Assembly (NCBI GenBank): GCA_039621445.1
Contig: CP154954.1
Span: forward strand, 34,507,737 to 34,571,736
Direction of reading: 5' to 3'
Length of the DNA stretch: 64,000 nt
DNA from: Euglena gracilis
Lineage: Eukaryota
Below are positions 12,375-23,700 of this stretch, piece after piece. Within the stretch, counting starts at the first letter, position 1. The number at the start of each line of letters is the position of its first letter. A model generated the notes under the pieces. It was not told the origin of the DNA. It made no database searches and saw only the letters and a list, made by a program, of their open reading frames with translations. A program made the translations under genes and the position numbers.

Positions 12375-13089
12375 ATCTCCTCATAAACCGCCATGTCGGG
12401 GGCCGCGGCCCCAGAAGACCCGCCAGCCGTGCTGGAAGTGCCGCTGGACAACGTCATCCTCAACAAAAAATTGAATTCGGTGCTGGAGCAAGTGAGCCTG
12501 GTGGCTCAGAATATGGTGGTATTAGCAAGCAAAGTGGAAGAGCTGGCCGACAAGGTGGAGGAAGGACGACCGGGAAAAAGGAGACGACAAGAAGACGAAG
12601 CCTACGAGGAGTTCCTCAAAAAAAACACCAGAGCCGATACATCCCCCGCCACCTCCGACACCAGCCTGAGCAGCCCTTACCGCCCCCCTGGCTACAACAC
12701 ACACACACACACACACACACACCACACACTTTTAAATCCCCAGGGGAAGCATGGAAGGACTGCCCAGCAACAACAGCAGCCACAGCAGCAACAGCTGCAG
12801 CCCCAAATGGGGCAAATGGGCAGCCAAATGGGGGCCCAGATGGGCAGCCTCCTGGGGGGCCCTGTGGGGAACACCCCCACCATGACCGCCAGTGCAACAG
12901 CCAACCAAGGGCTGTAGCTCCCCACCGACCTGCTGCGACAGCTGCTGCTACAAATCATGTGGATGCTGCTTGGACATGTTCCAAATTTAAATTTAAATTC
13001 AAATGGCAGCCACATGTCCATTGCTACCGATGCCCCGCTCTTAATGGCAGCTGGACCCTCTGGACCCTCCCTCCCACCATCTCCTTCAT

Positions 13090-15437
13090 TTGTGCCCTGC
13101 CAAATCGAAGGGGGGGGGGGAGTGGAAGAGGGGGGGGGCAGAAGTTTTTGAAGTCACACCCAGGACTGGGCCAAGGCCCCCCCCCAAAAAATGCACCACA
13201 ACACCCCAAATCCAGAGGATTTTGGAAAAACTCAGGACAAGGTCCACTGAGGAAAAGAAAATGGTCACCGACCTGGTGGATCAAAAAAGGGCTGCACAAA
13301 AAAAGGAGCACACCTTAGCAGCCAGTTCCAAAGCCCCGGCCAACCTGCCGACAAACTCGATTTCAGCAGCAGACGATTGGTCTGTGATGTCTTCGACGGA
13401 CGCCTCCATCTGGGGGGAATGGACCGGGTCCAGAAAAAAATACAAAAAAGTCCTCGTGGACCACTGGCTGGAGGGAATCCATATCGCCGCTTCCCCCCTG
13501 CCCCCCCACCCCCCCGGTCGCACCTGGTCTGACCTAGCGGACGACGACGTCCAGCTGCTCCTGTATCCCCCCTGCGCGCAGCCCCAAGAAGGGGGGGGGA
13601 GGGCGGCCGGCTACCGCCCCTCGGGGGGGGCCGGCGCCACGGGCATACGACGGGGTGGCATCACGCCGACGGTCACAGTCGCCCCGGCCTCTCGAGGCAG
13701 CTCTGCCACAGGGATATCCTCTGCTGCGGCGATATCGAGGAGAACCCGGGGCCTCGCCCGGGGGGACCGGCGAGCCCATCCCCCCCCCCTGGCACCCGAC
13801 GACGTCTGGGAGGAGATCTACTGGACTGGCCAACACTGGCGGTGGCTACGTCTGCTCACCCCGGCAACCGCCGGCCCCTCGTCGTCGGGGACGGCAGCAC
13901 ACCTCGCGTCGGCATGGTCCGAATTTGCGAGATGCCTCTTGTGCTCTCAGCACGTCAACCTGTCGTCCCTCCAAGGCATGCAGTCCCATCAATGCCAGGC
14001 GGGTAGGCCCATGGGCAACATTTTCTCTCTCCCCTCCATAAGAGAAGACTCGTGGCGCTGGAGGCTACAGCACTTGGAGTCCCTCCCAAACGGCGAGTGG
14101 TGGCTGGTACACTGCCAAATGTGCGGATGGTCGACTGCGACCCTGTACCCAGCGCCCATAGTTGCCCACATGCAGATCTGCCAACCACCGTCTCTCTCTG
14201 ACGTCGATAGCGACCCGGAGGATGACGATGCCGACGACGATGACTCCACGCGTCCCAGACGGGGAGCGGCCGCTCTTGGGCCCAGCAGCCCGGCACCGGC
14301 ACCCCCCGGGGCCTCACCCCCACCCCACGTAGCTGCCTCCCCCAGAGACTCACAGGGAGCCCCGCGTGGGCGGCTCCTCACCTCCACACTTCGCCGGCAG
14401 GCCGCCGGCTGCCGCCGCCTGGGGGCTCCCCCGCGGGCTCGGAGCGGCAGGGGCGCAGACATCCTCACTGCGGGAGATGTGGAGAGCAACCCCGGCCCCA
14501 CGAGCTCCGGCCGGGCTTCATCCGTTCTCCCCCCCCTCGCACCAAGCGAAGACTTCATGCTGGACACCGAGTGGTTCCAGGCGGTGGTGCGGGCTCTGTC
14601 CCCCCATAACCCGCCCACCATCGACGCTTTCGCCGAGCAAAATAACACCCAACTGGACGCCTTCTGGTCATCAAGGGAGGATGCATTCCTCCAGAATTGG
14701 AACTTGCCAAACCCGCTGTGGTGCAACCCACCCTTCTCCCTGCTCCCCCGTGTTTTGGAACACGTCCTTCGATATGGGGGCAACATCATCCTCCTCGCAC
14801 CGGAGTGGTCCACCGCGCTGGCCGGCCTGCGGCGCCTCTCCTCGCATTCCGTGACCTTACCGCGATGCCCCATCTACCGGGCCCGGGGGACAGCGCTGCT
14901 GCCAGCCCCCACGTGGTCGACCACAGCCCTACGGATATGCCACACCGGCAGCGGCAGCCCATGCGGCGCCCGGCCCCCACCGGGTCCCCACCGGGGCGCT
15001 GACCACGGACGGCAGCTCTCGCACCACGCGCACTCCCCTTACCCCCTTGCGCCGCTCCTCTCCCCTGGCCAACAACGCCTCATCATAGAACGCCGCTCCA
15101 CTCATGGCGGCGAAGTCTTCCACCTAGGGGACTATGCAGGCTGGACATTCCTATTCCACCGGAACGCCCTGTGGGACATCCGCGGTCAGACCCCCTGCTG
15201 GTGCCCTCGCTGCGGCCTGTGGCAATGGCCTTGGGACTGCCCCACGTTGCTCCCTCTTCAGTTTGCCGCCCTTAGACCACCGCTCTTACGCCCGGCTTTT
15301 CGGCTGACCCCCACCCCCCACTCCCTCCTCGACGAGCCACGGGCCCCCCTGGATCTGGCAGCGGTAGCCAACTCACTGCCAAAAAACGGCCATCGTTGTC
15401 CGCGCGGGGCAGTCCTTTCATACGGGGGGCAAACCGC
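13090..15437 (+). CDS. E1 polyprotein N-terminal part: two C2HC-type Zn fingers, 2A peptide, DNA adenine methyltransferase
   Basis: CLLC..H.C and CQMC..H...C; GRGADILTAGDVESNPGP at 14446-14499; MTase motifs. A frameshift before ~15437 is needed to reach the second 2A. Confidence 0.75.
14548..14940 (+). CDS. N6-adenine DNA methyltransferase domain (phage Dam / DIRS-MT-like)
   Basis: PTIDAFAEQNN..F...EDAFLQNW...LWCNPPFSLL....IILLAPEW; catalytic NPPF at 14725-14736. Confidence 0.85.
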
Positions 15438-18400
15438 GGACGGGGTAGCCTCCTCACCTGTGGCGATGTGGAGGAGAACCCTGGGCCAGCCAAGCGCCCG
15501 GCCTCCGGGCCACCTCATGGCGCACCGGCTGCTGCGGATGCCCGGGACCACGACCACCTCTTTCTGGACCTGGCCCACCCGGAACTTGACGCCGCGGTAG
15601 TTATCGACAGCGCGGGGCAGGAGTCCAACCTCCGGGGACGGCCCGCGCACAACCTTGTCGTGGGCACTCCCCCATGCGACATCACCCACGTCCTCCAACA
15701 AAGAATCTCGACCCTTATTTACCTGCCCTCGGCCTGCCAGCAACCTGTCTTTGACACTTTGGCAGATGCCATCAACGCATACACGCACGCACCCTCGGAC
15801 GCTGCTCTATTCAGCGTCCTATCCTTCCCGAAACTCGTCCTCCGACCGGTGTCGACTACCAAACCACCGCCGGCAGCGGAGCTGGAGTCCATCCTGCTGA
15901 GGCGTACCAAACTGTTCCGCGAGGGGGACTACGGCACCCTTCTGACAGAGGCACTAAAGGACGCACAGGCTCGACACTCCGTCGTGGAAACCAGGGCGGA
16001 AAAACGCTCAAGAACGCAGCCGACCGCCCTCAGTGAGGCCATCACGAGACGTGTGCGCACCCTCACCTCGCAGAAGGGGCGTCCGCGAAGGCAGTCCAGC
16101 TACTGCTCTCTGAGGGCGCGCACCAACCGGATGATCCGGATGTCTGGGCTGCCCTGGAGAAGTTGCACCCCAGCGGCAGACAGGTGGACACCAACCGCCT
16201 CCCGCGACATGTTAAGCCCTTCCCTGAGAACCACATCCCGGAATGGGAGGACAGACTGAAGGAGGCCATCCGCCGTTTCCCACGGGGTTCCGCCGCAGGC
16301 CCGTCGGGCCTGCGGCCCAGCCACCTCCAAGACTGTCTTCGTAGGCCGGGCCGGGGAGCCAAGCTGATCACAGCCCTTGCGCGGCTGACCCAGTTCTGGA
16401 TTGACGGCCAGCTACCACCGCACCACGCCGCGGCCTGGTGCTGCGCGAATCTGACCCCACTCCGCAAGAAGGACAACGGGGTGCGGCCAGTGGCGGTTGG
16501 GGAGACCATCCGCCGCCTGGTAGGGAAAACGCTGCTCCGCTCGCCCCCACCCAGGTCGGGGTTGGGGTACGGAACGCCGCCGAGGCCGTTGCCCTGGGCA
16601 TGCAGCACCTCGTGCTTCAGCTGGGGGACACCTCACCCTGGGTTTCCCTCCAGGTGGACTACTCCAATGCTTTCAACACAGTTGACCGAGGGGCGATCCT
16701 CACAGAGGCCGAGACCCGTACACCCAGTCTGTTCAATTTCCTGAGGTTTGCATACAGCGGGCCCGTCCCCCTCTTCTGCGGGGGCCGCACCATCCTTTCC
16801 CAGAGGGGCACACACCAGGGCTGCCCTCTGGGCCCCATCGGGTTCACCCTGGCGCTGCAGCCGCTGCTGGACCAGATAACCAGGGACGGCCAGCTGCTAT
16901 GGAACAGCTGGTACCTGGACGACGGCCTCCTGGTCGGAACCCTCGACAGGATTGAACACTGCCTCCGTTTCCTGCTGCAAGAGTCCCACCGCATCGGCCT
17001 TGGCCTCAACCTACAGAAGTGCGTCATGTGGGGCCCGGGAGCGCGGAGTGCACCCAGTTGCGACAGATTGCAAGTGGTCCCTTGGTCACCAGGGGAAGGC
17101 ATTACCGTGCTCGGAATCCCAGTAGACCACCCCGCGTCCTCCGACACCACCAAGAAAGCGTGGGCGGATGCTGCCGCCAAGATCGAGAAGGCCTCATCTA
17201 CCATAACGTCCCTCACCGACGCCCAGGTGGCACATCACCTTCTGCGGAGCTGTCTAGACGGCTGCAAAGTGAACCACCTCCTACGCGCGTCCGACTCGTA
17301 TGGCAGCCAAGATAAGGTTACAGGTTGCTCGGAGGTCATCATGAACGCCTTCGAGGACATACTGGGCACGGCACTGAACCCACAACAGCGGACACAAGCG
17401 TCGCTGCCCCTATCCAGCGGGGGCTGCGGCCTGCGCGTCCCGTCCTGCACTCAGCCCGCAGCCAGGATCTCCTGCCTTGCAGACTTCTACTCAGACGGGG
17501 CCAGGCGCGTGGGTGTGCCCGACTACGCATCCGGCCTGCAGCTACCCCTGGTCGCGCCCGTCCTGGACGACCTCCGGGGCAGGCTAGGAGCCAACCATGC
17601 CACGGTCACCACCTTCCTCCACAACCCACAACGACTCGCCTCCGCGGACCAAGAACCCCGGAGGCAAAAGTGGTGGAACCACGAGCTGGGCAAAAAGGCG
17701 ATGGATGGCCTTGTGGACCAGGCCCGGCCCCGCGACCAGAACCGCCTCCTTGAACAAGCCACGGGGTTCGGACACGGGTGGATGGCGGCCACCCCTTCCA
17801 ACAACTCCCACACCACCTTCTCTAGCGAGGAGTACACCTTGGGACTGAAGTGGTGGTTAGGGCTTCCGGTGCTGGAGGACGTCAGCCAGCCGTGCACAGG
17901 GTGCGGCCAGCCTCTGGACCAGGAAGGCGACCACCTGCTTTGCTGCCGCAGGAACAACTTCTCAGCCCGGCACAACGCTGTTCAGGACGCTCTGTTTCTA
18001 ACCTTGTCCAACAGCGGTCACCGGGTGCAGAAGGAAGTTTCCCTGCCAACGGCCCGAGACAGTCACCTACGCCCGGCGGACCTCCTGCTGGACTGCTGGT
18101 CCGAGGGGAAGCCGACGGCGCTGGACGTTACCGTCTGCCACGGATGGCAAGCGGCAGAACACACAGCGACCCGCGAACGCTGGAGATCCTTCCTGAAGAG
18201 GAGGGAGGACGCCAAAAAGCAGAAATACAACGTGCCATGTCAGCAAGCAGGGTGGGGCTTCACACCTTTCGCCCTCGGGACATGGGGTGGCATGGGACCG
18301 GAAACGGCCAAGACACTGAGCAGAGTGGCCAAACGCGCATCGTCCTGGCAACAGGGCGCTGAGCGCGAAACCAAGCAAGCGGAAATCTACCAAAATGTGG

Positions 18401-18459
18401 CCATCGCCTTGCTCCGAGAAGTGTTCCACCTCTTACAACCCAAGCACGTCCTCCGTTAA
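15438..18459 (+). CDS. E1 2A + reverse transcriptase + CCHC + restriction-like endonuclease (two frameshifts, near 16070 and 16545)
   Basis: GRGSLLTCGDVEENPGP; GSAAGPSGLRP; RPVAVGETIRRL; DYSNAFN; QGCPLGP; WYLDD; CTGC..GDHLLCC..RHN; RPADLLL..LDVTV. Confidence 0.9.
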
Positions 18460-18842
18460 CCACGGGAGGAGCCACCCCAAAAAACAACAACACACACACA
18501 ACACAACCACACACCCACACCCACACACGCACACACACCCACACCCACACACACACACACGCACACCAACACACCACAACCATCCGCACGCCCTCCCGCC
18601 CGCGCCAAGCAGGCCGCCTCACCCCTACCGTCAGCCACCCCAGCCGTCAGCCACTCCAGCCGTCCCTCTGCGCCTTATATTGAAGATGGGCCTTGCCCGT
18701 TTTCCTCCTGCCCTGCCCTGCACCACCTGTATATACTTTTAACCTCCTCCGGACCTTCAAACCCAGTAGGCTGTGCCACTCGTCGGTGGATTCGGTTCGC
18801 CCCACCACCGCTATCCGGCTAAGTCGGCCCCTCCCAGCTCAA

Positions 18843-20726
18843 ACTACACGCCAGCTGGAGGAGGTTGTACATTTGGTCCTTGAAAAGGGACCACCCATTG
18901 GTGTTGACCTGAATACCAACAAATGCACCCTTTGGGGGCCAGCCTTCCAACCCGACCGTTTTCTCTTCCTGGAGGGGTTGCAACGCATCCCCGTAACTCC
19001 ATACATTCCTGGTTCCGGAATCAAGTCCCTCGGGGTTCCAATTTGCCATCCGGAGGACGGGACATTTGCCGAACGTGTGTGGTTTGGGCGGTGCGAAGAA
19101 GCTATGAAGGCGTGTTCAGCCTTGCAGAAGGTGCCTTCTGCGCACATCCACTTCACCATTCTAAGGCTGTGTCTGGACGCGTGCAAGGTTAACGACCTGT
19201 TGAGGACTACTCCAATTGGCCTTGCAACCATGCAGTGCACGCTGCTAAGCAAAACCCTGCGGAATACCGCCAGCATCATTGTCGGGCGGCCGCTGGAAGA
19301 GGACCAGTGGCGCCAGGCCACCTTGCCTGTCCGGTTGGGTGGGTTGGGCATCCGGGACCCTACCACGGAGCGCCCGATCGCCAGGTGGGCCGCCACACTT
19401 GACTTTCTTGTTCGCGGCGACCGCGTCCTCGACTTGCCACCCATCTGTGGGATGAACCCCCTACCTTCGGAATTTACCGCCCAGGTGGAGGCCATCAAGG
19501 GTCTATGTGAGCTCCCACCGATTGCAAAGGCCTTTGTTGAGGACCCAAAAAGTCCGGAGATGCTGCCTCAAGAAATGACGGCACGGAAATTCTGGGGACA
19601 ACAGTGTGCAAAAGCCCGACAGCAAGCTCTGTACAACTCACTCACGGGTAGCGATAAACTGAAAATGGCATGTCAGATGAAGCCACATGCTATGGCTTGG
19701 GCCTCCGTTACGCCGTCAGCCGCCACAAGGACGCTCATACCAACAAGGGAATTCCAGGCCCTGATGCAATGGTCCCTGGGTGCTCCGGTTGTTTCGCCTT
19801 CAGATGCCTGTCCCGGGTGCCCTCGGTGCCACAACCCCTTGGACGCAAGAGGCCATCACCTCGTTTGTTGCCACCGGAACAACATTGTTCGGCGACACGG
19901 GGCGGTGCAGTCCTACATCCTTGGGCTGGCCCAAAAGGCAGGTTTCCCGGCCAGAAGAGAGGAGAGTGCCCCTGATGGTTCCCGCCCGGGCGACGTATTT
20001 GTGATGCGATATGATGCAAACGGTCCGGCGGCAATCGATGTGACCGTTCGCCACCCCCTTGCACCTTCCCGCGTACGGCCAGGATTGGAAGACCTTGGTA
20101 AATGGCATGAGAGCCAGGAGGAAGACAAAATCAAAAAAGTATGGAGACGGTTGTAAGCGCAGAGGGTGGACGTTCATCCCCTTTGTCCTCGATTGCTACG
20201 GAGGAATGGGGGAGGCAGCGCTTGCCTTTGTTGGAAACTGTGTTCACTTGCTTGCGGGACAACATGACGCATGGGAGAGGCGAGCAGCGGAGGCAAACTG
20301 CTGGCAGGGCCTCAGCATGGCCCTTGCCAGAGAACTGGCGAAACAGCTCGTGTGGGGCCAATGCCCTGACGACCTCAACGAAGGAGGTGGCATGGACACT
20401 CACCACCCATACAGCACATGAGCTACCCCTTCGGGCTCCACTATCCCGAAGCAACCCCTCCGCCTCCGGCGGTGCTTCCTGAACTAGCGGAGGCCTGGAA
20501 ACGGCCCGCCACGCACAGCCAAGGGGGCAGCGAATCGGGACCATGCCATGATATATAAGGAATGCCCCCTGCAACAACCAAGAACCAATGCAGCACGTCG
20601 GAGCTGCAACGACGCCCCCGAGGAGCCGCAGGGCGTGAAAGACAGCTGAAGCCGGAATCACCGGCCCACCCGTCATCAACACCCAGACCTTAAACGGCAC
20701 CGAGCCCTGCCACCTCCCCATTGCCT
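18843..20726 (+). mobile_element. E2a: 5'-truncated near-identical copy of the 3' part of E2
   Basis: Matches 22875-24766 apart from a 9-bp deletion (ACAAGTGTA), one extra A near 20135 and a few substitutions. Confidence 0.9.
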
Positions 20727-23700
20727 CCGCCGGGCACCAGCCATTACAATTTCTTCGCAAAAATCACCCGGAACAGCCCACTCAGAGTCCCCTCAGGGGG
20801 GTTTTTGAGGTCGCCGAGTCCGAATATCCGCTCACACCGACGTGGTGGAGCCGCCAGAGCCGGCATTCGTCAAGACCGTCCTGGTAGAGAGCGAAGCCTC
20901 AAGCTCCTCGACCCCTGCGGAGAATGGGCATTGGCGGATTCTCCAAGCCACGCAAAGCGGTCAAGCACAGGGTTTTTGAGGTCGCTGAGTTCAATTATCC
21001 TCTCGGATGGACGTGGTGGAGCCGGCAGAACGGGCATTTGTCAAATCCTTGGACCTTTTGGGAAGCGGAACGGCCTTCCCCGCAAGCTCCATGCCTCCGC
21101 TCACCCTCGGACCGGCAGAGGGGACAGCCTGCTGACATCAGGGGATGTCGAATCAAACCCAGGCCCGGGTCCACCAACCTTCCCTGAAGCGAACAACACC
21201 TTGGTGCCAATGCTGTATGACTTTGAACAAAACGCAGAGGGTACAATTGGCTTCCTCATGGCGACAACCATGCCTCCGTTGCAGCCCCCGCCGCAAGTAT
21301 CCCCTTCCTCACAAGATGCCAGGGAGCTTCAAGACCTGCTGCAACGGCTCATCAGCCGGCCACCGCTGGAGGCCACCCTCCCCGCAACAAATAGCCCAGG
21401 GCCCACAAGAGGACCCAGTGCGTTGGATGGGGTGGACGACGTTGAAATGGGGGTTCAATATCTACCCGGCATGAAAACTGGCACTGCCCTTCAATCCCCG
21501 TGCCCGGATCTCTCCCCGTCGTGGATGGAAATATCCTCGGATCCAAGGGGCACTGTTTCCACCATACCAAAGTGAGCCCTTCCCGCGGTCTGTGACGTGT
21601 ACTCCTGCCTTCTCCGGGCGTTCAACGAGAGGCCCACCTGGGAAACATTACATGGCCTGTGGGCTTTCCCCAAGGCTGTGTTGGCACCTTTGGGAAAGGG
21701 TGGACGCGGCCATTGGGCCCGGTTGGGAAGGGTCATCCGCGGCAGAGCGGAAGCTTATCTAAAACGAACGGTGGCAGACAGTTGGAAGGACTCTGCCCGC
21801 TTACCCCAAATGGGTCAACCTGTTCGCACCAGGGGCCAAGCCCGACGTGAGCAAGAAGTGCAAGAAGAAGCATTCGTACGCCGCCTTGAACGTTTGGTGA
21901 GCAAGGGTGCCGTTGGCAAGGCATGCCAGGTCCTGACTTCGGACGGCGTGCAAGATGACAAACACCCCGTTGTGCGCCAACGGTTGAACGATCTTCACCC
22001 GGCTGAGGAACCACCTGGCCGGGGCCCCACGGATAAACGGGTTCTGTTTCCGCCACCTGGAGACGAGAACGAGAGGAGGGACAGGCTTTCCATGGTCCGC
22101 AAAGCAGTGTTCAGTTTCGGAAAAGAATCGGCAGCAGGGCCATCGGGCCTAAAGCCGGACCACATTAAGGACATGCTTAGCAGGGAAGCTGGGGGACAGG
22201 CCGAGACACTGCTTGAGGGCCTCACGACCTTCGTCTTCTGCTGCATCAACACGGGATGGCCCGCCGGTGTGGCTGAAATCCTCACATCGGCACGCCTCAC
22301 GGCGCTGCGAAAGGTCAAACCGGCCACGACAGTGGATGACGCTGGGAACCTCACACCCAATGGGCAGGATCCCGCACAAGAAGGGACTCGGCCCATTGCT
22401 TCCGGAGAATGCTTGCGCCGACTGGTGGGCAAGGTGCTGATGCGCCAACCTGCCGTGCAAAAGTTTACCCAAGATGGGATGCCCGGGCAGTTTGGGGTGG
22501 GTTGTCCTGACGCCTGTGGCCTGATCGGCATGGGCCTCCAACACCTCGTGACCAGCCTCCATCATGGAGGCTCTCGTGACTGGGGAGTCTTGCAATTGGA
22601 CTTCAGGAACGCATTCAACTGGATCCGGAGGGATAACCTTCTCGAAGCAGCACGAGAACGATGTCCAGAAATGGTGACGTGGCTGGAGACCTGTTATGCA
22701 GAACACTCGAGCCTCTTTTTGAGCGACACATCCCTCCGAAGCCAGTCGGGGGTTCAGCAAGGCGATCCTTGTGGACCGGCTGCCTTTGCCATGGCAATTC
22801 AGAGTCTGGTGGAGGAAATCCATGGCGTTTGCGGATGGCAGGCCTGGTACCTGGACGATGCCCACATCATGGGGACTACACGCCAGCTGGAGGAGGTTGT
22901 ACATTTGGTCCTTGAAAAGGGACCACCCATTGGTGTTGACCTGAATATCAACAAATGCACCCTTTGGGGGCCAGCCTTCCAACCCGACCGTTTTCTCTTC
23001 CTGGAGGGGACAAGTGTATTGCAACGCATCCCCGTAACTCCATACATTCCTGGTTCCGGAATAAAGTCCCTCGGGGTTCCAATTTGCCATCCGGAGGACG
23101 GGACATTTGCCGAACGTGTGTGGTTTGGGCGGTGCGAAGAAGCTATGAAGGCGTGTTCAGCCTTGCAGAAGGTGCCTTCTGCGCACATCCAGTTCACCAT
23201 TCTAAGGCTGTGTCTGGACGCGTGCAAGGTTAACGACCTGTTGAGGACTACTCCAATTGGCCTTGCAACCATGCAGTGCACGCTGCTGAGCAAAACCCTG
23301 CGGAATACCGCCAGCATCATTGTCGGGCGGCCGCTGGAAGAGGACCAGTGGCGCCAGGCCACCTTGCCTGTCCGGTTGGGTGGGTTGGGCATCCGGGACC
23401 CTACCACGGAGCGCCCGATCGCCAGGTGGGCCGCCACACTTGACTTTCTTGTTCGCGGCGACCGCGTCCTCGACTTGCCACCCATCTGTGGGATGAACCC
23501 CCTACCTTCGGAATTTACCGCCCAGGTGGAGGCCATCAAGGGTCTATGTGAGCTCCCACCGATTGCAAAGGCCTTTGTTGAGGACCCAAAAAGTCCGGAG
23601 ATGCTGCCTCAAGAAATGACGGCACAGAAATTCTGGGGACAACAGTGTGCAAAGGCCCGACAGCAAGCTCTGTACAACTCACTCACGGGTAGCGATAAAC

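Larger units (their letters stand above)
12350..18831 (+). mobile_element. E1: apparently full-length CRE-like retrotransposon: SL exon - N-terminal region/Zn fingers - 2A - N6-adenine MTase - 2A - RT - CCHC - RLE - 3' module A
   Basis: SL at 12350-12374 and ATG at 12393; ORF pieces 12393-12917, 13090-15600, 15396-16259, 16163-16744, 16438-18459. Candidate 10-bp TSD TCCCAGCTCA at 12339-12348 and 18832-18841. Confidence 0.9.

Noticed and set aside
12350-12420. Bona fide SL RNA gene
   Set aside because: The exon is followed by a short UTR and ATG, with no GT donor or SL intron.
18759-18831. HDV-like ribozyme in module A (GCTAAG downstream)
   Set aside because: I could not build the P1/P2/P3 pseudoknot, and the downstream part differs between copies.
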